Assembly (NCBI GenBank): GCA_948891265.1
Contig: CAQUBD010000003.1
Span: forward strand, 9,789-73,788
Direction of reading: 5' to 3'
Origin: an uncultured Clostridia bacterium
Lineage (GTDB): Bacteria > Bacillota > Clostridia > TANB77 > CAG-508
Length of the DNA stretch: 64,000 nucleotides
Positions 17,243-25,688 of this stretch are shown one piece after another. Every line of letters begins with the position of its first letter. Position 1 is the stretch's first letter. The notes under the pieces were generated by a model. The model was not told the DNA's origin, searched no databases, and saw only the letters and a list, made by a program, of their open reading frames with translations. The translations under genes were made by a program, and so were the position numbers.

Positions 17243-17566
17243 CACGGTGTAGATGTATACCCATCATCAGCAGCAGGAGTACCATTTACAGCAGCATATA
17301 TAGCATGTAAAGGAGATCCAATAGCAAATCTACAGGAAGACTTAGCAGCAGAGCAAAAAGCCAGAGCAACTTATGAAAAATTAATAAACTTATGTAGAGA
17401 TAATCCAGATGTAGTAGATCCACTTCGTTTCTTAAGAGAAAGAGAAGTAGTACACTTCCAAAGATTTGGAGAAGCATTAAGAGGAGTACAAGACAAATTA
17501 GCTGAAAAGAAGTTTTATATGAATGACATGAAACCTTATACAAATGATTGTGGATGTAATAAATAA
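17243..17566 (+). CDS. cotJC: 3' segment (fragment 3 of 3) of the CotJC-like Mn-catalase gene
   Basis: HGVDVYPSSAAGVPFTAAYIACKGDPIANLQEDLAAEQKARATYEKLINLCRDNPDVVDPLRFLREREVVHFQRFGEAL... matches the Mn-catalase C-terminal half (NAAGVPFTAAYIQAKGDP...AAEEKARATY...DPLRFLREREIVH.QRF). Stop at 17564-17566. Confidence 0.8.
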   Translation, partial: HGVDVYPSSAAGVPFTAAYIACKGDPIANLQEDLAAEQKARATYEKLINLCRDNPDVVDPLRFLREREVVHFQRFGEALRGVQDKLAEKKFYMNDMKPYTNDCGCNK

Positions 17567-17578
17567 TAAAAGAAAAAG

Positions 17579-17634
17579 CAGGATCTGAACGATACCCAAA
17601 AAAAGTAGAGTTCAGATAATCCTGTTTTTTTTGT
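17579..17634 (+). terminator. Rho-independent terminator after the cotJC-like gene
   Basis: caggatctgaac...gttcagataatcctg stem followed by tttttttt. Confidence 0.6.
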
Positions 17635-17739
17635 ATGTATTTAATATTGAGAATAAAATTTTAGAAATATATCGCAAAATAATATTTTTATGTTATAATG
17701 ATAGTGAAAAAAGAAAATAGAAGAAATTATTAAATAAAT

Positions 17740-18087
17740 TTGATAAAGGAAAATAATATGAATAAAGATGAAATTGTAAAATTTTGTTTAACATTACCTA
17801 GCACATTTGAAGACTATCCTTTTCCAAATGACAGTATTAGTACAGTAATGAAACATACAAAAAATAGAAAATGGTTTGCATTACTGATGGAAGTCAAAGG
17901 AGAATTATATTTAAATGTAAAAACAGAACCTGATTACTCTGATATATTAAGAAATACTTATGATTATATTATTCCAGCATATCACATGAACAAGGAACAT
18001 TGGAACACAATAGTTGTTAGCAACAAAGCAGATAAAACAATAATAAAAGAACTTATTAGCCAGAGTTATGAATTAACTAAAAAATAA
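17740..18087 (+). CDS. MmcQ/YjbR family DNA-binding protein
   Basis: FCLTLPSTFEDYPFPND...WFAL...AYHMNKEHWNTI resembles YjbR-family proteins. The start may be the ATG at 17758 (MNKDEI). Confidence 0.65.
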   Translation: MIKENNMNKDEIVKFCLTLPSTFEDYPFPNDSISTVMKHTKNRKWFALLMEVKGELYLNVKTEPDYSDILRNTYDYIIPAYHMNKEHWNTIVVSNKADKTIIKELISQSYELTKK

Positions 18088-18363
18088 TATTCACAAAAGA
18101 TAAAAATACTATTAAAAGGTCATATTCTTATGGAAAAAGAAATTATATAGGATTATCTGAAGATGAACAGATAGAAAGAGTTTATCTACATTTAAAGGAT
18201 AAATATGGTGAAAACGGATATGCAAAAGTCTATTTAGAAGATAAGGAATTTGAAAATGCTTTGTATAAATTAAGACAAGCATTAGAAGATAAGAATGAGT
18301 TCATTAAAAGAGTAAGAAAAGTAGTTAATGAAATATAAAATATTTTAGAGGTGGAGTGTTGAT

Positions 18364-19011
18364 ATGAAAAATCAAAAAATAGAAAAGTTACTACAATTTT
18401 ATTTATTGGCAACAGAATTAAAAGATAAAATCAGAAGTGGATGGAAAGTCTGGAATATTGAAAGAGAAAGAGTTGAAAGTATAGCAGAACATATTTATGG
18501 TACATGTATTTTAGCCATATCAATAGACTCGGAATTCGAACTAAATGTTGATATATATAAAGTTGTAATAATGCTTATATTGCATGAAATAGAAGAAATA
18601 AAAATAGGAGATTTAACACCATTTGACAAAGTTACAAAAGAACAAAAAAGAAAGATTGGAAAAAAGGCAGTAGAAGAAGTATTAAGTACTTTAGATAAAA
18701 AAGTACAATATATTGAATTAATAGAAGAGTTTGAAAATATGGAAACAAAAGAAGCCATTTTTGCAAAGATGTGCGATAAATTAGAGGCAGATATACAATG
18801 TAAGTTGTATTGCGAAGAAAACTGTATAGACATAAATAGAAAAGAAAACGAACATCTTCTTGAAGATGAAAGAATTCAAAAATTATTACAAAAAGGAGAA
18901 AAAACAGTAGCTGATTTATTTATCGAAAATGACAGACATATATATACTGAAAAAGTATTTGAAAATATAGCAGATTATATAAAAGATAATGACTTGCTAA
19001 AACTAAAATAA
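18364..19011 (+). CDS. HD-superfamily hydrolase-like protein (YfbR-type 5'-nucleotidase-like)
   Basis: ESIAEHIYGT...ILHEIEEIKIGDLTP resembles YfbR-type HD domains. The HD doublet reads HE here. Confidence 0.55.
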   Translation: MKNQKIEKLLQFYLLATELKDKIRSGWKVWNIERERVESIAEHIYGTCILAISIDSEFELNVDIYKVVIMLILHEIEEIKIGDLTPFDKVTKEQKRKIGKKAVEEVLSTLDKKVQYIELIEEFENMETKEAIFAKMCDKLEADIQCKLYCEENCIDINRKENEHLLEDERIQKLLQKGEKTVADLFIENDRHIYTEKVFENIADYIKDNDLLKLK

Positions 19012-19029
19012 ATTAAAGGAGTGAATGAA

Positions 19030-19485
19030 GTGACAAAAGTTTTATTTGTATGCTATGGCAATATTTGCAGGTCACCAATGGGAGAATTTATATTAAAAGA
19101 CTTAGTAAAAAAGAATAATCTTGAAGATAAATTTAAAATTGAATCAGCAGGAACAAGTGCAGAAGAATTAGGAAATCCAGTGTATTATCTAGCAAAAGAA
19201 AAATTGAAAGAACATAATATATTTTGCAATGGCAAATTTGCGAGACAACTTAATAAAAATGATTATGAAAAATATGATTATATTTTAGCAATGGAAGAGT
19301 CAAATGTTAGAGAGATAAATAGAATATTTAATAAAGATACAGAAGGAAAAGTATATAGACTTTTAGATTTTACACAAAATCCAAGAGATATAGATGACCC
19401 TTGGTACACAAGAGATTTTGATAGAACATATAATGAGATTTTAGAAGGATGTAGAGTTTTTTTGAAATATATTAGTGAAAAATAA
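19030..19485 (+). CDS. Low-molecular-weight protein tyrosine phosphatase
   Basis: VLFVCYGNICRSPMGE contains the CX5R P-loop. A GTG start at 19030 with an AAAGGAG RBS is preferred. The tool ORF begins at 19021. Confidence 0.8.
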   Translation: MTKVLFVCYGNICRSPMGEFILKDLVKKNNLEDKFKIESAGTSAEELGNPVYYLAKEKLKEHNIFCNGKFARQLNKNDYEKYDYILAMEESNVREINRIFNKDTEGKVYRLLDFTQNPRDIDDPWYTRDFDRTYNEILEGCRVFLKYISEK

Positions 19486-19497
19486 AAATTAAAAGAA

Positions 19498-20196
19498 GTG
19501 AGGGAAAAAATGAAAAATATTATTTTAACAGGAGCAAGTGATGGATTAGGAAAAGAATTTGCTTTAAGATGTTTAAAAGAAAAAGATATAAACATAATTG
19601 CATTATGCAGAACAGAGCCAGATTATAAATGTGATTTTATAAAAACAGATTTAACTGATGAAACATCAATAGAAAATACTTGTAATATTATTAAGGAAAA
19701 ATATAAAAAGATAGATGCTTTAATAAATTGTGCAGGTGTACCTGGAGTTCAAAAACTAGAAGAAGTTACTTATGATGTATTAGACGATTTAATGAAAATA
19801 AATGTACTTGCCCCTATATATTTAACAACTCAACTAATAACATTAATAAAAGAAAGTGAAGCAGATATTTTAAATGTTGGTTCAACTATTGGAACAAAAT
19901 CAGGGTATACAGATCAAATTGCTTATACAACTTCAAAATGGGCGATGCGTGGAACAAGCTATAATCTACAAGTAGAATTGAAAAAACATAATTGTCGTGT
20001 GATACAATTTAATGTTGGTGGAATGAATACTAGAATGCATACAAAATGGACAGGAAAAGAAATAGAACATCCAGAAGAGTGGATGAATCCAGCAGATATT
20101 GCAGATTTAATGGTGTATATATTAAAGTTACCTAAAATGATTGAAGTAAGTGAAATTGCAATAAATAGAAAAGTTAATGTACTAGATAAAAAGTAA
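19498..20196 (+). CDS. SDR family oxidoreductase
   Basis: ILTGASDGLGKEFA glycine-rich NAD(P)-binding motif, and YTTSKWAMRG with the catalytic Y-x3-K. Confidence 0.8.
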   Translation: MREKMKNIILTGASDGLGKEFALRCLKEKDINIIALCRTEPDYKCDFIKTDLTDETSIENTCNIIKEKYKKIDALINCAGVPGVQKLEEVTYDVLDDLMKINVLAPIYLTTQLITLIKESEADILNVGSTIGTKSGYTDQIAYTTSKWAMRGTSYNLQVELKKHNCRVIQFNVGGMNTRMHTKWTGKEIEHPEEWMNPADIADLMVYILKLPKMIEVSEIAINRKVNVLDKK

Positions 20197-20547
20197 TGGA
20201 TATGAAATAATGGAAATATTTGATGTAGAAAGAAATTAGAAAAAAGAATACAAGGAAGAACAGATATAGAATTAAATGATAAAGGAATAGAACAAGCATA
20301 TCAAACAAAGGAAAATTTAAAGAACGAAAAAATAGACTTAATAATATGCTCACCATTAAAAAGAGCAAAACAAACAGCAGATATTATAAATAAAGATAGA
20401 AATATTCAAATAATTTATGATGAAAGATTATTAGAGATTTGTTATGGAGAAAATGAAGGAAGACTACATGATGATTTTGACTATGATGGCTTTTGGAATA
20501 TAGTAGAAACTCACGAATATAAAAATGCAGAAAATGTTAATAACTTT

Positions 20548-21450
20548 ATGAAAATAGTACATAACTTTTTAGAAGAAATAAAAAATTATAAAGAAGAAAA
20601 TATACTAATAGTTACACATAATGGAGTATGTAGAGCAATTAATACATATTTTAATGGTATTCCCAAAGATAATAACATTATTAATTTAGGAATCAAAAAT
20701 TGTGAAGTGGTTAAATATAATCTTGTTAAAGATAATAGTTTCATTATATATGCACATAGAGGAGCATCTGCATATGCACCAGAAAATACAAGGATAGCCT
20801 TTAAAAAAGCAATAGAATTAAATGCAAATGGAATAGAACTAGATTTACAAAAAACAAAAGATGGAAAGATAGTTATATTTCATGATGACTACATAGATAA
20901 TAAGTCAAATGGAACAGGGAAAATTGAAGAATATATTTATCAAGAATTATTAAAGTTAGATTTTGGAAGTTGGTTCAATGAAGAATATTATGAAGAACAT
21001 ATAATGTTATTTGAAGATTTTGCAAAGGAATTTTTAAATAAAGAACTGACTTTTGCAATAGAATTAAAAGTTTTAGGCATAGAAAAAGAAGTATTAGAAA
21101 TTATAAATAAGTATAAAGTACATAATAATATTTATATAACTTCATTTATATATAATGCACTTGAAAATGTTAGAAAAATAGATACAGATATAAAATTGTC
21201 TTGGCTTATTGAAGAAAGAATAAATAAAGACAATATAGAGAAATTACTAAAAATAAATGGAAGTCAAATTTGCCCTAAAGCTGATCTGATAACTAAAGAA
21301 GATATACAAATTGCTAATAATAATGGATTAGGAGTTAGATTATGGGGAGTTAATAATGAAGAAATTATGGAAAAAGTATATAAATTAAATATAGAAGGAA
21401 TGATTGTAAATTTTCCAGATAAATTGATTCAATTATTAAAAATAAAGTGA
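20548..21450 (+). CDS. Glycerophosphodiester phosphodiesterase (GDPD) domain fused to the C-terminal half of a histidine phosphatase. The phosphatase 5' part (20224..20547) is in frame but has no start codon
   Basis: IIYAHRGASAYAPENTRIAFKKAIELNANGIELDLQKTKDGKIVIFHDD is a GDPD signature. The upstream in-frame region encodes LEKRIQGRTDIELNDKG...ICSPLKRAKQTA...LIVTHNGVCRAINTYFNGIP (PGAM-like) but lacks the RHG N-terminus. Confidence 0.6.
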   Translation: MKIVHNFLEEIKNYKEENILIVTHNGVCRAINTYFNGIPKDNNIINLGIKNCEVVKYNLVKDNSFIIYAHRGASAYAPENTRIAFKKAIELNANGIELDLQKTKDGKIVIFHDDYIDNKSNGTGKIEEYIYQELLKLDFGSWFNEEYYEEHIMLFEDFAKEFLNKELTFAIELKVLGIEKEVLEIINKYKVHNNIYITSFIYNALENVRKIDTDIKLSWLIEERINKDNIEKLLKINGSQICPKADLITKEDIQIANNNGLGVRLWGVNNEEIMEKVYKLNIEGMIVNFPDKLIQLLKIK

Positions 21451-21527
21451 AAAATACAATATTACAAAGTGGATTTTATAAAAATATAATTCAAAAAAAT
21501 AAATAAAAAAGAAAGGTTTGATAAATT

Positions 21528-22187
21528 ATGAAAATTACAAAATTTCCACAATCATGTTTACTAATAGAAACAAAAGGAAAGAAAATATTAATAGATCCAG
21601 GTACGTTAAAATATAAAGAAGAATATTTTGATATTTGGAATTCAGTAGATATAATATTAATAACACATAAACATTCTGACCATTGTAATACAGAAGTATT
21701 AGAAAAAATAGATAAAAATATTAAAATATATTCAAGTAATGAAGTGAAAAATACTCATCCAACATTAGATATAAATATTGTTAAAGAAAATGATAAGATT
21801 ATTATAGAAGATAAAATATTGATAGAAGTAGTACATGCTGAACATGGATATATACCACCAATGAAAACTGGAGCAAAAGTTATTGAAAATATAGGTTATA
21901 TAATAGATGATAATGAAACAAGAATATATATAACAAGTGATACTATTTGTTTTGAAAATGAATATAAATGTGATATTTTATGTGTTCCTGTTTCAGATTA
22001 TGGAGTTGTAATGGGAGCATTTGAAGCATCTTTATTTGCTAAAGAGACTAATGCTCAATTGGTAATTCCATTACATGCAGATAGTCCTAAATATCCAGTT
22101 GACTTTGATTTTGTAAAAGAGATGTTTGAGAAAAATGAAGTAGAATATGAAATATTAGAAAATGATGAAAGTATTGAAGTAGAATAA
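21528..22187 (+). CDS. MBL-fold metallo-hydrolase
   Basis: ITHKHSDH (HxHxDH) motif. Confidence 0.75.
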   Translation: MKITKFPQSCLLIETKGKKILIDPGTLKYKEEYFDIWNSVDIILITHKHSDHCNTEVLEKIDKNIKIYSSNEVKNTHPTLDINIVKENDKIIIEDKILIEVVHAEHGYIPPMKTGAKVIENIGYIIDDNETRIYITSDTICFENEYKCDILCVPVSDYGVVMGAFEASLFAKETNAQLVIPLHADSPKYPVDFDFVKEMFEKNEVEYEILENDESIEVE

Positions 22188-22247
22188 AAAGTAAATTTGA
22201 CCACAAGCTATGTATAGTAGAATTAACAATAAATTAAGGGGAAAATA

Positions 22248-22841
22248 ATGATAAAAAATATAATATTTGATATAGGCGGAGTATTACTTGAATACAATCC
22301 AAAAACATATTTAGATAAATTAAATATAGAAGAAAGTAAAAGAAAAGAGTTAAATAATATAATTTTTCATAATCAAAAATGGAGAGATTGTTTAAATGGT
22401 TTTATAAACAATGAGGAATTAATAAATTATTTAGGAAAAGAAAATCCAAAATATAAAAATGAAATAGAACAAATACTTAGCAAAGATAATTTAAAATATA
22501 TGTTACCACCAAAGCAAGATATAATAGAATATTATAAAAGCTTAAAACAAAATGGATATAAAATATATTTATGTTCTAATATAACAGAATGTACTTATGA
22601 TTATATTAAAGATAATTTTGAAATAATACAAATAGCTGATGGAGGAGTATTCTCTTGTTTTGAACATATCAGTAAGCCTAATATTGAAATTTATCAAAAC
22701 TTAATAAATAAATATCAGATAAATGTAAAAGAAACAATTTTTATTGATGATACAAATAAAAATATAATAAATGCAAGTAAAATTGGATTGAAAACAATTT
22801 TATTTAATGATATAGAACAACTAAAAATATTAGAAGAATAG
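22248..22841 (+). CDS. HAD-superfamily hydrolase (subfamily IA-like)
   Basis: IIFDIGGVLL motif-I variant, and a C-terminal FIDDT motif. Confidence 0.6.
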   Translation: MIKNIIFDIGGVLLEYNPKTYLDKLNIEESKRKELNNIIFHNQKWRDCLNGFINNEELINYLGKENPKYKNEIEQILSKDNLKYMLPPKQDIIEYYKSLKQNGYKIYLCSNITECTYDYIKDNFEIIQIADGGVFSCFEHISKPNIEIYQNLINKYQINVKETIFIDDTNKNIINASKIGLKTILFNDIEQLKILEE

Positions 22842-22856
22842 AGGAGAAAAATAACG

Positions 22857-23345
22857 ATGGACAAGCCAATAAGAAAAGCAGTAAGATGCTATTTAATAAA
22901 AGATAATAAAGTTGTAGTTACAAAATATAAGAAGGGTAATAGAAAAGAAGGATATTATGATATACCTGGAGGAAAGATAGAAGAAGGAGAAATTCCAAGT
23001 CAAACAGCTATTAGAGAGATGAAAGAAGAGACTGGAATAGATATTAAAAATTTAAAATACAAAGGAATTATGACAATAGAATATCCAAATAGAAAATTTT
23101 TATTCGATGTATTTATTTCAAATGAAAGTGAAGGAGAACCACAAGAGTTTGAAGAAAATATATCAGAATGGATAGAAATTAATGAACTATTACAAAAAGA
23201 AAAGATATTATCTAATATAATGATTTTAGATAGATTTTTTATAAAAGGGCTAATAGATGATAATTGCAATTTTAGTATGCATATTATAGTAGATGAACAA
23301 GAGAATATTTTAAATGTAGAATATAATTTAGAATATAAACAATAA
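22857..23345 (+). CDS. NUDIX hydrolase
   Basis: GGKIEEGEIPSQTAIREMKEETGI matches the Nudix box. Confidence 0.8.
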   Translation: MDKPIRKAVRCYLIKDNKVVVTKYKKGNRKEGYYDIPGGKIEEGEIPSQTAIREMKEETGIDIKNLKYKGIMTIEYPNRKFLFDVFISNESEGEPQEFEENISEWIEINELLQKEKILSNIMILDRFFIKGLIDDNCNFSMHIIVDEQENILNVEYNLEYKQ

Positions 23346-23373
23346 GATTAAATTATAAAATAGGAGAAACTAA

Positions 23374-24204
23374 ATGACATATTTACAAGAATTTTATTTA
23401 CCGACAATACAAAAGGAAGAACTAACAACAAACACACCAAGTAGTTATCCTTTTGGAATATTTCCATATAAAGAAATAGAACAAATAAATTTCAAACCAA
23501 TTACTATATTTTATGGAAGTAATGGTTCTGGAAAATCTACACTATTGAATATTATAGCAGCAAAGTTAGGAATTGCTAGAACAGCTAATTTTAATACTAC
23601 ATACTTATTTGATGCTTATATAAATATATGTAAAAAAGTATCTAATGCAATACCTATTAATAGTAAATTTATAACAAGTGAAGATGTTTTTTCACATATA
23701 TTAGAGGTAAGATTAAAAAATAGTGAAATTGATAGCAAAAGGGAAGAACTTGAAAAATTATATTATAAAGAAAAATATACACCTATAAATTATGATAATA
23801 TGGAAGAGCTAAAAATACAAAATGAAACAAGGTCTAAAAGTCAAAATCAATTTGTAAAAAGTAGATTAGAAGAGAATATAAAGGAATTTTCTAATGGAGA
23901 AACAGCTATTCAATTTTTTGATAATTCTTTTAAAATCGGTAATTTATATATATTAGATGAACCAGAAAATAGTCTTGCACCAAAATTTCAAATGCAATTA
24001 GCAAAAATACTATTAGAATGTGCAAGATATTGCGATTGCCAATTTATTATTGCTAGTCATTCACCTTTTATATTATCAATAGAAGATGCACTAATATATG
24101 ATTTAGATGATAAACCTACAAAAACAAAAAATTGGTATGAATTAGAGAATATGAAAATTTATAATGATTTCTTTAAGAAATTTTCAAAAGAATTTAATAA
24201 TTAA
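23374..24204 (+). CDS. AAA-family ATPase (ABC-like ATP-binding protein, AAA_21-like)
   Basis: Walker A FYGSNGSGKSTLL and Walker B LYILDEPENSL. Confidence 0.7.
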   Translation: MTYLQEFYLPTIQKEELTTNTPSSYPFGIFPYKEIEQINFKPITIFYGSNGSGKSTLLNIIAAKLGIARTANFNTTYLFDAYINICKKVSNAIPINSKFITSEDVFSHILEVRLKNSEIDSKREELEKLYYKEKYTPINYDNMEELKIQNETRSKSQNQFVKSRLEENIKEFSNGETAIQFFDNSFKIGNLYILDEPENSLAPKFQMQLAKILLECARYCDCQFIIASHSPFILSIEDALIYDLDDKPTKTKNWYELENMKIYNDFFKKFSKEFNN

Positions 24205-24270
24205 TATAACTTTAATATTGGTATTGTAATAGATGAAAAAAATAAATATATTATAAATTTACATAAATGT

Positions 24271-24299
24271 ATTTGACATGATATAAATAATATGCTAAA
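24271..24299 (+). promoter_or_regulatory. Sigma-A-like promoter candidate, followed by a ~200-nt leader before the GNAT gene
   Basis: ttgaca, then 17 nt, then taaaat. Confidence 0.35.
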
Positions 24300-24504
24300 A
24301 TAAAAATATATTTTAAGAGTATATCTAAAAACAAATAAGTTTTGAGCGATATAGAATAACTATAAAAGTTATTTGCACTGAGAAATAGATTTAAAAGTCT
24401 TTCAAAGGAGTCTTAAAGATTCTTTTGTGAGGCTTTTTATAATTATAATAGAATAAATTAATTTAATAAAATAGTTAGATATTATGAAAGGGGATGAAAT
24501 TCAT

Positions 24505-25059
24505 ATGGAAATAAAAACTCAAACTACATCAAATGATTCAATTTTAATTAGAAAAGTAAGAAATGATGATGCAAAACAGTATATTGAACTTATAAATTCT
24601 GTTTGGAGAGTTGCTTATAAAGATATTTTTCCAGAGGAAGTATTTATTGACAGAGAAAGAGGGAAAGAAAATAGAATAAAAAGTTTTTCTGACAAATTAT
24701 ATAATGATAATAAGAGGTTATGTTATGTTGCTGAATGTGATGGTGTAATTGTTGGAGCAATAAATGGTACAATAAAATCAACATATGAACATTTTTCAGA
24801 AGATGATTTTGCTGATTTAGTTGGATTATATATAAATCCAAAGTATCAGGGAAAAGGAATAGGCACAAAATTAAAAAACATTTTTGAAGATTGGGCGAGA
24901 AGAAATGGTGCTAAGAAATATATAATTGGAGTTTTGAAAGATAATAATAAAGCTCGAAAGGTATATGAAAGCTGGGGAGGCGAGCTTGACGATTGGGAGC
25001 AGAAATTTTATAAATTGGATGTAGGATATGATGAAGTTTTTTACAAATATAATTTATAA
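24505..25059 (+). CDS. GNAT family N-acetyltransferase
   Basis: INPKYQGKGIGTKL resembles acetyl-CoA binding motif A. An AAAGGGGA RBS precedes the ATG at 24505. The tool ORF starts at 24484. Confidence 0.75.
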   Translation: MEIKTQTTSNDSILIRKVRNDDAKQYIELINSVWRVAYKDIFPEEVFIDRERGKENRIKSFSDKLYNDNKRLCYVAECDGVIVGAINGTIKSTYEHFSEDDFADLVGLYINPKYQGKGIGTKLKNIFEDWARRNGAKKYIIGVLKDNNKARKVYESWGGELDDWEQKFYKLDVGYDEVFYKYNL

Positions 25060-25088
25060 AAATTATAAATTTATTTAATAAAATTGGA

Positions 25089-25670
25089 TAAAAGGAGATG
25101 ATTAGAATGCCAAAATTCATATTAATAATAGGACCACAAGCAGTTGGGAAAATGACAGTAGGTCAAGAATTAGCAAAATTAACATGATATAAACTATTTT
25201 ATAATCATATGACAATAGAAATGGTTAGATTAATATTTGATTATGATAAAAAAGCATATCAAAAAATGAACCAACGTATAAGATATAAAGTATTTAAAGA
25301 ATTTGCAAAAAGTAATGAAAAGGGAATAATATTTACAGGATGTTTTGATTTTGGAAAAGACTTAGAAGAAGAAAAAGCAGAAACTGATAGATGGATGAAT
25401 TTATTTGAAGAATCATATGTAGTTGAATTAGAGACAACATTAGAAGAAAGATTAAAAAGAAATAAAACAGCTAATAGATTAGAACATAAAGCATCTAAAA
25501 GAGATTTAGAATGGAGTGAAAAAGAGTTATTAAAATCAATGGAAAAACACAAATTAAACTCTGAACCAGGCGAAGGAGAAAAGATTTTTAAGAATTATTT
25601 AAAAATTGTAAATACAGATATATCAGCTATTGATGTAGCAAAAATTATAAAAGAAAAATTTAAATTATAG
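25089..25670 (+). pseudogene. P-loop kinase / AAA-family ATP-binding protein interrupted by an in-frame TGA
   Basis: MIRMPKFILIIGPQAVGKMTVGQELAKLT-stop-YKLFYNHMTIEMVRLIF... is one continuous frame with a single TGA at 25186-25188. The P-loop is GPQAVGKMT. Confidence 0.5.
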
Positions 25671-25688
25671 AAAAGGAGAAAAGAAAAA

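Larger units (their letters stand above)
9086..17249. mobile_element. Intervening element B (~8.2 kb), Tn4451-like integrative mobilizable element. Contents: Fic, large serine recombinase, HTH protein, MobV relaxase
   Basis: cotJC homology breaks at ...DHGV|GL-stop (9082-9085 ggtg) and resumes at 17246-17249 (ggtg) with HGVDVYPSSAAGVPFTAAYI. Imperfect inverted arms flank the junctions: aggatagataacaaac (17221-17236) and gtttgtaatatctcct (9087-9102). It carries its own serine recombinase and mobilization relaxase. Confidence 0.7.

Noticed and set aside
9086-17249. Element B as an integrated rolling-circle plasmid of the pMV158 family
   Set aside because: It has a MobV relaxase and sso-like hairpins, but no Rep initiator gene is present. 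A serine-recombinase integrative mobilizable element fits better.
17286-17543. Minus-strand 85-aa tool ORF
   Set aside because: The plus strand here encodes the well-conserved C-terminal third of the Mn-catalase/CotJC protein. The minus-strand ORF is a shadow frame.
25186-25188. TGA at 25186 as a selenocysteine codon
   Set aside because: No SECIS-like hairpin is evident downstream, and the aligned residue in homologs is expected to be Gly, not Cys/Sec. A nonsense mutation is more parsimonious.
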